From: Catajapyx aquilonaris | Taxonomy: Eukaryota | Reading direction: 5' to 3' | NCBI GenBank assembly: GCA_000934665.2 | Contig: KZ538920.1 | Span: 1 to 40,172, forward strand | Length of the DNA: 40,172 bases | In this document: positions 13,643-24,640 of the stretch, piece by piece | How the letters are laid out: each line of letters opens with the position of its first letter | Position numbering within the stretch: position 1 is the stretch's first letter | Made by a program: the position numbers and the translations under genes | The notes under the pieces: model-generated | Told to the model about the DNA's origin: nothing | The model's database searches: none | What the model saw: only the letters and a program-made list of their open reading frames with translations

Positions 13643-13799
13643 CTTCCTGAAATTGGCTTAATGTCGATGAGCAAGTACGGCGACAACACTGGTAGCGCAC
13701 TTGGAGCGAATATGCGCACCTCGCACTCACACATTCGCCAACAGGGGTACAAAATGTGGACGTGGGTGAGTCCGGCTGCTGACAAAATGCCAATTCCAT
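13643..13799 (-). CDS. AMPD2: Candidate alternative first coding exon B of AMPD (Cys-rich)
   Basis: cacATGg; 52 codons + G; donor AAG|GTAACA, phase 1. Encodes MELAFCQQPDSPTSTFC...QCCRRTCSSTLSQFQE(G). Confidence 0.5.
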
Positions 13800-14396
13800 G
13801 TGTTCTTCTGAGGATACATCAAAGGTGCCCGTACGGCTGATTTATTTTTGACACAGATTGTCATCAGGTTGGTCCATTACCCGCTCTGACCCCTGATGGT
13901 GCAACGCGCTTGTTTACCTCCTGGTTAAAACTGGTCATGTGATCTAGCGGTCACAAAGGCGGTGAACTTGGAACTGTTGTATTCTCAACCGCGTGCTCAA
14001 CCCAATTGATATTGATCACAGTGCCGTCATTCGGAATGACAATGTCACCCATGGGAGGAATTGTGCTTGCCGCCTGGGAAGCTCCCTGCCGATATATTCG
14101 AACGCAGCCCTTTGAGAGACGTCAAATGTGCTACAGTAATTACAATCAGGGAACTGAATTCAGGGTCACATCCAAGAGAGGTTGCCAGAAGCTACATGCC
14201 AGCCCTCACTGGCACCTACCCCAACAGGGATAACGAAGAGCCCCTTGTCAGACCTCGGTTCAATCTGTATTTTCAACATGCTCTTTGTAAGGTACACTCC
14301 CTATAGCAAAAAGTAGTTGAGTGTAAAACCGGTGATGTCTCTGCTCAACTATAAAACATCGACATCACCACTTTTACACTGAACTTTTTACACATA

Positions 14397-14595
14397 CAGT
14401 CAAAGGACATCCTAGAATGCACTTATGGAACCTCCCACTTTTCAAATTTCTATGGAGATGTCCTCACGCAAGAGAAAGAGTAAACAGTGTCCTTTTGTTG
14501 ACACTGTTTACTCCTTTGTTGCACGAGGTCATCTCCATGGAGATTTCAAAAGTGGGAGATTCTAGAAGTGCATTCTATAGGATGTCCTTTGACTA
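14397..14595. mobile_element. TA-flanked ~200-bp foldback MITE
   Basis: Almost entirely self-complementary (cagtcaaaggacatccta... / ...taggatgtcctttgacta; centre gagtaaacagtgtc..gacactgtttactc); TA on both sides. Confidence 0.85.
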
Positions 14596-15846
14596 TACCG
14601 TTGCAATAGTGCATCCACCTTCGAATGTTATTATTATTCTTCGAGTTTGGTCAACTTTTCGCAACGGACCCTGCTATCTGGATGGTTCTACGGCTTTTTT
14701 TTTGGGACAGTTCCAAACCGGCTACATTCAAAGCATCCAGATACCGGCTGTGGACGGACAGACTAGACATATAATTGCCACCTTGGAAAGCCAGTTTCAA
14801 ATTTGCGAGCGAGTTTCCAAGCCCACAGGCAGTCCAAACCGCGCTATTGATCTTCCCTTAATACATTTTGGAAATTCGCACATCCATAATTGCCAGGCCG
14901 GTACTTGGAACCGGGCTCTCCTCTTCGTATGGGAATGCATATAATTTTAACCCCTCGAATGATGTTGCGGAAACAAGCTTCGCAGCTTCTGAGAATACCT
15001 CGCTGTCGCCAAAATGTTTCTCCAACAGCTGATTCGTCGGAAGCCTCTCATCTAAAATTAACAAACCGAAGGACGCACACCTGTCCGATACGCTGAATGC
15101 ATTCCCATACCACCTGAAATCCGTTTAAAACGTCTGTAGATGAGCCAGCTGAGTGGGAAGCGCATCGCATCTAATTACAAGATATCTGCACTTAGTCTGT
15201 CACATTTCCAACCCCACATTTCCTCATTTTAGTCCTTTCATCAGTCTCGATCAGTCTGGCATGGCCTTGGCTCTTTTCCTTCATCGCATAAAAACGCCTT
15301 ATGTCACCTTGTTGACAGAACGGTATACACCCGGGGATACAATAATGAATCCATGGGATCAAAAGTCGACTGGTTGATCGAAAGGCGTCCAGGAGTTATC
15401 TGGGTGCCCATATTTTTCTTCACACTTCCGGCAAGCAAAAGTGGGCGACCTGATGAAGTTTATGAAATTGAGCCAAAAATGGGGGAAACGACCTGCAGCA
15501 GTCAATGTCCCAACTCGACCTACAATAGAACGAAAAGCTCAGGACTCTATATTCAGCCTCTGAATAGACCCCTTGGTGTCCTTGGGTCTTGGCCTCTTCC
15601 AATCTTGTTTTCTGGTGCGCATCTTTTCTTCGCATTATCTAGTGTCAATGCCTTTTCCGCAAAATGTGCCAATATCCACCTGTTTGGCTTCAATTTTTCT
15701 GATAACATCCACGTGACGCATTTTCTACTAAGGCCCCTCTCTTATCGCTGACAGATAATGATTTTATGCTGGGAATATTTCTCAAGGCATTCCGGATCCA
15801 ATTACGATTAGGTGAAATCGATCCTAATAATGAGCTGAATGATTAC

Positions 15847-15913
15847 CTTCTTCATCTGAAGAGTTGACCACGTCTCCGTTGTGCGCCATACCGTTGCAAT
15901 TGACTTCGTCCAT
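15847..15913 (-). CDS. AMPD2: Candidate alternative first coding exon C of AMPD
   Basis: acaATGg; 22 codons + G; donor AAG|GTAATC, phase 1. Encodes MDEVNCNGMAHNGDVVNSSDEE(G). TCAGTT initiator ~60 nt upstream (15970-15975). Confidence 0.65.
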
Positions 15914-18900
15914 TGTATGATGCGGATGACACGTTGCCACGCACGTGCACAGGCTGGTGTCTCAGTATTAACTGAACTATTCTGACCCAGGCGGTGAGGT
16001 GCTGTTGGGGGGAAGCCGGTTGGCCAATCTTGATATCTTTGCCAAGTACACCTGCTGTTGCTTTCAGTATACACGAAATGCGCCGTTATAGTATAGGGGA
16101 GACCTGTGCTTCAGGTGCTTGTATTGTGGGCGCCTTCTGCATGCGTGTTAAAGTGTGATACCACATGATGAAAGGGTTGGATAGGTGTGATCATTAAAGT
16201 TGGTTGGGTCGATCTGAGAGTGGTGAGGTGGCCAGACCGCAATGTTTTCAATGTGCAGGCTGTGTGGACCATTGATCTGGTCATGGGAGGCTGAACAGAA
16301 CTACTGTCTGTAGCCTGGAGGTTAGGTAACTAATGCTGCAGTGTTGCTTAGCTGATGCAGATTTGTAGGGAATTCTAGGCTTCTGGCGCCATAGGGATGG
16401 ACGTCATTATTAAAATTTCATAGAATGTTTCGCAAGCAACAGAGGATGAGCGGGGGCTTGCAGAAGGCGTAAAATCCACTAAAATTGAATTGAATGAATA
16501 ATGTGAATATGCCGCAGGGACACTTTAAAAATCAGCTGCGCATACTGTATGGTGTACACGAACATAGCGGTTCTGTTTTTCAGGATAATGCAGTACAATT
16601 AATATTCAGTATGAGCAGTGCTAGTACCTCGCGATTGACGGAAATTTAAGTCGACTGTTCTTTAAACTTGCGGTATGACTCAATTTGTGATTCGGTATCT
16701 TGGTGCAAAACTTTCATGAATATGCTGAATATGTTGAACACGCGAATGTGAGTATAGCATAACCTTTCTCTCAAACGAGTCATTTATTATTTTTAGACTA
16801 TATATCCCAAACAATAATCGCACTTCCACGTAAAAAAAAACATACAGGAACTACAGGATGTGCGGGTGTGATTTGATAGACCACACTTCCCTATATTCAA
16901 CTTTCTTTCCCCATGGGAATATGGTGCTGGAGTAATACGTTTTAAATTTACTCGCCCCCTTTTAGGAACCCACCACAGCGTAAAATTGAGTTACCTGTAT
17001 AGGCGATACCAGCTCCCTGCAAACTCTGACAGCACAGTCAGCTATCCTGTAACAAGCTTGTTTTAGCAGCCCTTTGTTTTCACCCCCTCACAATCAATAC
17101 TGCAATTCATTGTTTGCCCGCATCTGATAATATTACTTTACGTACTTTTTGACAAACTCCCACGCAGTATACAGTACCATCTGAAAGCTGCTCTCCGTCT
17201 ACCTGACACACCTGTACGGCTACAGGTGTTACCCCTCTGTCAGTAATTGAGTACTGCCCCCTTCGTGTAACTTCCTCCTCCTAGCGAAAGCACGAAACCC
17301 CTTCCAGATGCATGACAACTAGCACTTGAGATATGAGGAGCTATCGGCAGGTCCAATTAGGATCAACTCGGCTCTAAAAAATAGACCCAGAATATTCAAA
17401 ATCAGGCCTCCCTTCTGATACTCCGAGCCCGGAACATATTCAATGGCCCTATATCTACACTACGCACTGTCATTATTCCTGCTTGCAATCAGCCACTCAT
17501 TCGACAGCATCAATGCCTCATTTATCTGCCACATTTTTAGCCTCCCACAGTGCCTGTAGATATATATCTCAAGGCAACCTAACTGATGTCATTCTCTTCG
17601 CCAGCAGGAACTTTCGTCAGAGCGCTGGAGAATAATAGTCTTCTTTTGTCAAGTTTACTACCCGTGCAGAGATAATATGATTTGTGCCAGCCAGCATTTA
17701 CGGGCTTCTGTCGAGGAAACGGCCGATACTGCAGAGGTAGCTGACTCTCTACTGTATAATGACTTGAGTGATTGTGCTTAAGAAAACATTCCCAGGAGAA
17801 GGCATCCTGTTTTCACTGAAGGATGCTGCGTCGTCCTCTTTTTTTTTTTGTCCTTCTAACTATCACACTCCATTGGCAAGTAATGCTGTAGTGGCATGCG
17901 GTGGGTATTGATTCGGTCCAAAATGGTTGGGGGGACCAAAAAGAGGTCTGCACGACCCCTACAACTCTGCACTGCGGTATACTACACTGTACGTCAGAAT
18001 TACGTGCTCTCTGCATGTACGAATAGGACGGTTCTGCGAATAACCTACCGATAGTGCGAAGAGTGTTTATCTTTATTGCCTGCGAATTCTACGCCACACA
18101 TCATTGACTCATCAATCATTTCATTACATGAAGTCATCCTGCAATTGTCGAGTAGAGAATGATGTGCAGCTACTCTTTGTTACGTAGTAATATTTGGTAG
18201 CAGAAATACTGTCGGCTGCTTGTAAACATCGGGGTATGTACAAACGGCGTGTCATTCATTGTTGGGCTATAATTAACGATAAAAGAAACGTTCGGTTTTT
18301 GGTATGCCGATGCCAGTACCGCTGTCACCGCAGATCAGGAAAAAAATCTCCGTTTATATAATTAAATTCCAAATTAATTTGAGATTTTCTCCTTAATTTA
18401 TTAAAACTGGCCCTTCAGTCCGTTTGCGTGATCAATGGTACATCCATAACAAGTGGTATTTACGTATGATTACCCACTTGTTCAGAATTTACCACTAATC
18501 ACCCTAATTTATTATAGATCTCTGATTATGTATACAGTATTCACAACACATAATCTGGCATAAATATATTACGATTTATTTGCATTCATACAGGCTCGCA
18601 TAATACACAGACATAGCTAATTTTTCCTCCTCAATTTGTGTTGATACATGCTGGTCCTTAGTAACTGCAATTAGCTCTTGGTAACAGGGGCGTCATTTCC
18701 TCCTAAAATATTTCCATAGTTACATGCACCAGGACCACACAAAATCCCTTTGTCTCCATTGCATCTAGGGTCCTTCACACATAGGTTCCACCCTACTTAT
18801 ACATAGACACATGTTTTACCATCAAATTTCCTTCCAAATCTTGTAGACTCCTGGAACCTGCCCCTGATCAATCAACCCGTCAGCACCCTCGCAAAACACC

Positions 18901-19177
18901 ACCCATTGAATTGCATATCAGCACAGACATCGCACCTTTACCCCTGCTCCCAAATAAAAATAAGCAGGCACCAATAGGGGCCCCCACTAATAGGTTGAAG
19001 GCACCGCCCATGTAATGACACCCCAACGCCAAACTGGCTACCAGCCAGGGCCACCAACATGTGGGCAGTAGCCTGCCACAGATGTCTCGCATTTTGATCA
19101 ACCACCATGCATCAGCATTGCAATTTTAGGCGTACTACCTGACAACTGCCAAGAAAAACTTGTTGCTGTGTACTGAC

Positions 19178-19316
19178 CTTCCCGAAGCATATCGTTGCTG
19201 GCACCACTGTAGCTGCTGACACTGTCTGCCTCAGAGTCTTTCGGCATGTAATGTATATGCATATGTGCCGGTTGAGAGTTGGTCTGCTGGCTGCTACCTT
19301 CCACTCTTTTGGCCAT
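19178..19316 (-). CDS. AMPD2: Candidate alternative first coding exon D of AMPD
   Basis: cagATGg; 46 codons + G; donor AAG|GTCAGT, phase 1. Encodes MAKRVEGSSQQ...DSEADSVSSYSGASNDMLRE(G). Confidence 0.62.
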
Positions 19317-19642
19317 CTGGGGTGGTGCAATAGTCTGGTTGGAGATCCGGAATGTAACGTACCGGTCCGGAGTGGTATTGCAGGTCGCTAGTTGACGTGA
19401 GCTGACATATTGCTATCCCTGGATCAGGGTGGTAGGTGGCGATCTGAAAGACCCGGGCGGGAACAGACGGGTTAAGGGTCAGTATGGGTCTAGTTTAATG
19501 CAGACGGATGGCCAGAATTGACATCCCATAGTAAACTGAAATTTGGAGAGGAGGAACATGAGAGATGATGTGTTTTTGGAATTTTGGAGCGAAATGAATG
19601 TCTGTCAACCCTGGTGATGATCGATAACCCATTTCCCATTAC

Positions 19643-19745
19643 CTGCGTTTGTTTCTTTTTCTTTTCTGTCTCTCTCTCTCACGCTCTCTCTCTTTCTGTT
19701 GTTTGGATTTGCTCCATTGCCTGGCAGTTCTGGTGAGAGAGGCAT
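19643..19745 (-). CDS. AMPD2: Candidate alternative first coding exon E of AMPD
   Basis: Textbook GCCACCATG; 34 codons + G; donor CAG|GTAATG, phase 1. Encodes MPLSPELPGNGANPNNRKRESVRERDRKEKETNA(G). Confidence 0.68.
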
Positions 19746-20327
19746 GGTGGCACCACTGGGTGGATTACGAGGCGCAGAGGCACGGACGCAGAGGCATCTA
19801 GGGGCAAGCTCATCACGAAACAGTCTGTCGCGGTCTGTCAGGTACCGTCACATTTCCCTTTAAAAAAAAGGGTGTTGTCAGCGATGGAGGAGACCCCAGA
19901 TTTAAAATATGATTTCTATGTGACACATGATATTCAATGAAATTTAATTCTTTAATTTAACTACAAAACTAAATCAAACAGATGTTCAAACCGGTTCGAA
20001 CCAACAACAGCTCACAACTCCTTGATATTTCTGATATTGCATGAGGATGACACCAAGCACCAAGGGGGTGGGCCTGTGAACACTACAAGAAAGTGGTATG
20101 CAGGTGTACCAACATACCACTTGCATGACACTGTGTTTTTCCTATACTAACGCAATTGGCCAATCACTGTTTACACCTTCTGGATGTAGCTGACAAGTAG
20201 GCCTACTACAGTACAAAAATGAAAGAATGGCCACCAAATTGTAAGGACACAAATGAAGATGGATTGAGAATGACAATATTCAGCACTGATAGAAGTATCT
20301 TTATTCAACATTTTATTGGGGTAGGGT

Positions 20328-20496
20328 AATGGCCTATTCTCATATATCAGTGGGAAATGTCCTGTCTGCTCAGTGGCAAGCCTATTTGCAACTGGGGACA
20401 GTTGAATTCACTGGTTGTCATGGAAACATGTCCAACAATGATTCCCTGTTGCAAATGGGCTCGTAACCTGGCATAATGGATATGAGAACAGACCAT
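20328..20496. mobile_element. Degenerate foldback MITE containing an X-box-like motif
   Basis: Inverted ends atggcctattctcatat / atatgagaacagaccat; inner pair gcctatttgcaac / gttgcaaatgggc; GTTGTCATGGAAAC at 20414-20427. Confidence 0.55.
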
Positions 20497-20748
20497 AATG
20501 CAAGTGGTGTAGTCCTATAAAATACAGAAGGCTTAAGCATTGGTGATCACACACTCATATACTATCACATGCCCTTATGAACGGAAGTGCAATGAGAGCA
20601 AGTTTACATTCAAAGTCCAGCATTGGGTGTATAAGCACACCTACATACACCTCTCACTACACCCCTGGATGTTACACCAGCCATGTAAGGTATCTGAAGT
20701 GCAAGGCACGCAAGGCAGTAAAATCATGTATATATGCCCAACTCATAA

Positions 20749-20911
20749 AGGCCCATTCACACAGGCCGTCGACGGTTTTGGTTTTTGGTCTTGTCGACGC
20801 CGCGGACCAATCAGAACGGGCCCTCACGTAAACAACGCATCATGGTTACCGTGAGGGCCCACTCTGATTGGTCCAAAACCAAAACCGTCGAGGGCCTGTG
20901 TGAATGGGCCT
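20749..20911. mobile_element. PIF/Harbinger-type MITE
   Basis: TIR AGGCCCATTCACACAGGCC / GGCCTGTGTGAATGGGCCT; TAA on both sides; internal foldback. Confidence 0.88.
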
Positions 20912-21290
20912 TAACATGTATTCTGTAACCTATTTCATACACGGACGGAATACTGACAATACCATACACAGTACTGCAGTGGAAATGTGCACATGTCAAT
21001 ATATACGATGTGTGCATTTAGCATCTTATAAGCATATAACTACTGTCATTTATTCTATATCCTACACAGTACATGTGCAAGTGTTTTGCACAAGCACACA
21101 TGAATGCTGGAAGGGGTAGGAGAGAGAGCTAGAAGTACAAAATAAACGTATCATTGTATCATTACAGTGCTCCAAAACTCTGGCAAGTTGTCCTATTAGA
21201 ACTCTAGCTGAAAACAATGGGATATAAAATACATGGCAGTCATGAAAAATTATTACAATAATCACAATTCACAAATACAAAACAAATTGA

Positions 21291-21535
21291 AGGGGTCGGT
21301 GCAATTGCCGACCCTCACCCACCAAATGACACAAATTGAGTTAAGCACACTTCCATATACTACACTCATGTATCTAATAAAATACATTGAAATTGTGCAG
21401 TTTCTGCCATCGGTCACTGAGAAATCAAATGAAATAAGTCACATGGTATGGGATGTATATGGCCTCTCAAACTTTCAACTGCAGTTTTCTCAAAATCAGG
21501 TTTGGGAGGATTAGGGCAGTATTGCACCGACCCCT
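21291..21535. mobile_element. Non-autonomous TIR element (possibly Kolobok-like)
   Basis: TIR AGGGGTCGGTGCAAT / ATTGCACCGACCCCT, flanked by ttga / tcaa (degenerate TTAA). The superfamily assignment is inference. Confidence 0.65.
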
Positions 21536-21553
21536 TCAATTGTAAACTAGAAT

Positions 21554-21662
21554 GGGTGGAATTTTCGTCTCACTGGTAGTTACTGCTAACTTAGCAGTAC
21601 CAGTGTAATGCATTGGTACTGCTAAGTTAACAGTAACTAGCAGTGGGACAAAAATTCCACCC
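21554..21662. repeat. ~109-bp foldback (mini MITE)
   Basis: gggtggaatttt..gttactgctaacttagcagtacca / tggtactgctaagttaacagtaac..aaaattccaccc; a related right end occurs at ~26729-26758. Confidence 0.8.
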
Positions 21663-22246
21663 TATGACTGCTGCATGTTTTTGTGCTGAGATCAAGAAGT
21701 AGGTACAGTTCCAAAGAGGATGCCAGAAAGAGGAGGGACTTGGAAGATAGATGAGGAGGACCATAGAATGGAAACCAGGACATAACAGTCATAGAAGCAT
21801 ACCTATGCATTGCTTTGACTTACCTTGGACTTATCAGCTAAATGATATTCCTACAAAAAAAAAATCTTTGGGAAGTGGGGGACTCGAACCTCTAGACATT
21901 TCCACCACAGTATATGATGGAATGAGGAGAGCAGCCTTTCCAATAGAAAAAAAAAGTTGACATCCTTTCAGAATACCATATCACAGAAAAAGGGAACGGC
22001 AACTTGAGGGTCACTAAACAATAAACATGTGCATCCACACCAATGATCTAAAAATATGATATTCCTATATTCCTTAAGAGAAGAGTCTATTTGGCTGGCA
22101 TATTTTTCAATAGGTCATGCTTAACATTTGTAATTCACCTACAATATTACACTTCATCTACAAAATTGTTGCGATTAGGATATCAGATTACTTGCCACAT
22201 AAAATAATATGAAGGAATGTTTTAGTGGCCCACTGACATGGGAATA

Positions 22247-22638
22247 CAGGGTGTATGTGAATTCATCTGCCAAAATGATATGGGCAGTAGAGGATGCGTA
22301 TGGAAGAGGCATGGCATGGGTCCGAAAGGCAGGCGATGATCCATTTTGGAGATGTTGACCTTTGACATTGGTTATGTCTATCCTCACAAGTGTGGATAGC
22401 CCCGTGCACACCTGCAATGCTGGTTGCTGGGGCCAGGGGCTTGCACTCCCAGACCCTTGCTCCACCAGCCTGGCCTGGCAACCAATGATGGAGGCATGTA
22501 CGGGGGTATCTATACTTGTCAGGATATACATTGTTGATGTCAACGTCATCGCCAGCCTTTCAGACCCATGCCATGCTTCTTCCATACACATCTCCTACCA
22601 CCCGTACCATTTTGGCAGATGAATTCACATACAGACTG
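22247..22638. mobile_element. Tc1/mariner-type foldback MITE
   Basis: TA-flanked; TIR cagggtgtatgtgaattcatctgccaaaatg; imperfect self-complementarity over nearly the whole 392 bp. Confidence 0.87.
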
Positions 22639-22930
22639 TATGTATAAGGAATCTATCAACCACAGCAGCAATTTACAAAGGCTGGATATAAAATGGTGGC
22701 AAAACTATCATCTCATGCTATGAACATCAGATGGTGTAATTGTGTCTGGTGATAGTTGTATGTTGTGTAGCAAGTCAAGTGGCAGTTTCACAAGTTCACA
22801 GTAGTTGAATAGAATAGCAGAGGCTGTCAAGTTGTGTTAGCTGGCAGAACTGTCTTTAGACAAGTTCTCCAAGACTGAGCAACATGCAGGGATAACAATT
22901 GAGGATGTTGGGAATGTTCACTAGGTCTTC

Positions 22931-23150
22931 CAGGGGCGGATCCAAAAACGGAAGAAAAGGAAAAAAAACGGGGGGAAACAATTCACAAAAATCCTCTAGA
23001 ACAGTGCAAAATTGCACTGTTCTATGGGTTCTTTTCCTTTTTGCCCCAAATTTGGGGTCGAGAGGAAGGGTTGTGACCTTGAACCGAAAAAATTTTCGCC
23101 TGCGGCAGGCCCTGCGCCCCCACTAGAAAAAATTGCTGGATCCGCCACTG
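22931..23150. mobile_element. hAT-type MITE with perfect 8-bp TSD
   Basis: TIR CAGGGGCGGATCCA / TGGATCCGCCACTG; TSD AGGTCTTC at 22923-22930 and 23151-23158. An internal segment recurs inverted at ~39922-39955. Confidence 0.9.
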
Positions 23151-23942
23151 AGGTCTTCAGACAACAAATGGTGTTGCATCATTGCCATGACATACTGTGA
23201 CACTTGGCAAAGTTGAAAAAAACACTGTGAGGAAAGCGACTTCATACAAGACGCACTATTTTAAAGCAACAGGTAGCTCTCTTGGGCATCTCAACCAGAA
23301 TGGCTCTACTGATGTGTCTGTCTCCTTTCAGAGGTGTGGCAAAAGGTTGTTAAAATACACAAGAATAATACAGGTGATACCAATTTTTCGCTGCTTCACA
23401 ATTAACAAAACCTTCAAAACACTAACACATTTCTGTCACAAAGCATATGAGTCCAAACACGCAATTATGTTTTTAGTGGTGCAATGTGGCAGGGTGCATA
23501 GATATATGCAGTACTGTACTGTATTATTGGCCTTTGCCCTCCCCAAAGTGCAGTATTTGTTGTTACACCTACACTGTACTGCAGTTCTTGCCAAAGAAGG
23601 GAAAGGAATCCTCAGAACCTGATGGCCCTCAACCTGCAACCTCCTGTTAAATGTGTGCATAAAATATTTCCAATACTCAGCATTAATAACAGCACATTAG
23701 AACTGTCTGTAGGAAAATTTTGGAAACTCTGGAACCTATATTGTTCACTTACATTATAAGTATCATTTTATGCCAATTCACTTTATGCTATTGTGTTGCT
23801 GGAAATAATTTCCAGGGTACAATGGGTACCACCTGTAATAATAATCTGGGCAGTGCTTGACCTCTCCAAAGGTTGTAAACGTGGGAAGAAATTATACAGG
23901 GTGAAGGGAAACTCGCGCATAATTGCCAGGTAGACTGATATA

Positions 23943-24266
23943 GCCAGCTGTTCCCCAAGAATGCATGTCTGGCACCTCCCACTTTTCAAATTTCCACGCA
24001 TGCTCCAAGGAGAAAGTGAGGTTACCAAGTGAAGCGAACATTATCTCATTAAAAACATTACACTGGCAAAGGAAATATTATTCAGGTGATTGTGCTTTTC
24101 ATATGTAAATTGATATTACGCAATGATGCATTTTTGTATGTAATTGTTTTATAAAGTAACAACATTCTTTCAAAAGCATCACCTTTGCCATCTGGCAACC
24201 AGGAGTCGTTTGTGAAAATTTGAAACGTGGGAGGTGCCAGATGTGCATTCTCGGGGAACCGCTGAG
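23943..24266. mobile_element. Nested TA-flanked MITE
   Basis: ~50-bp TIRs (cagctgttccccaagaatgcatgtctggcacctcccac / gtgggaggtgccagatgtgcattctcggggaaccgctg); absent from the host copy at 7338. Confidence 0.8.
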
Positions 24267-24445
24267 TATAGTACTTGCATAATATAGGGATGTGCAATTA
24301 GTTTTGGGCACCGTTGCGCAGTGGGCGCCTATCAGTGTGTCAGATGGTAGAATATGAGGTAAAAAAACAACAAAGTGCCCGGGGTCGTACCTGTATTCTT
24401 ACTCTGATGGGATTTGATCGCTTATTGCACATGGACGATGTGTTA

Positions 24446-24640
24446 GGGGCAGTACACATATTACGTCATCACATTTTTGACGTTTTTGAACCCCCCTCCC
24501 CCGCCCTCCCGGTTTTTGGTTGGTTTATTCATCCCAACTTGGACTCCCTTCCCCCTCTCGTCATCTTTGGTCATCAGGTAGCATACCCCCCNAACCCCCC
24601 CCCCCCCCCCTCGATGATGACGTAATATGTGTACCGACCC
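24446..24640. mobile_element. Nested PIF/Harbinger-type MITE
   Basis: TIR ggggcagtacacatattacgtcatca / tgatgacgtaatatgtgtaccgaccc; TTA duplicated; the host copy at ~7572 has a single TTA. Confidence 0.85.

Noticed and set aside
14417..14944. 175-aa plus-strand ORF
   Set aside because: Starts inside a foldback MITE; no recognisable domain or splice context.
11765..19600. Endogenous virus or retroelement: CpG-rich, many short ORFs, an HUH-like HVHIL at 13750-13764 (minus), QPSAG at ~12730, and a furin-like RRTKKKRGRRS at ~17830
   Set aside because: No long ORF, no LTR/TIR/TSD, and no recognisable RT, integrase or SF3 helicase motif set. The basic run comes from a poly-T tract. The composition is better explained by an unmethylated multi-promoter intron. 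A tblastx search would settle it.
21868..21900. tRNA gene (minus-strand GGTTCGAGTCCC)
   Set aside because: B-box only; no A-box or cloverleaf. At most a SINE remnant.
22175..23622. 138- and 141-aa ORFs
   Set aside because: The first lies in a foldback MITE; the second has non-coding composition and no splice or homology support.
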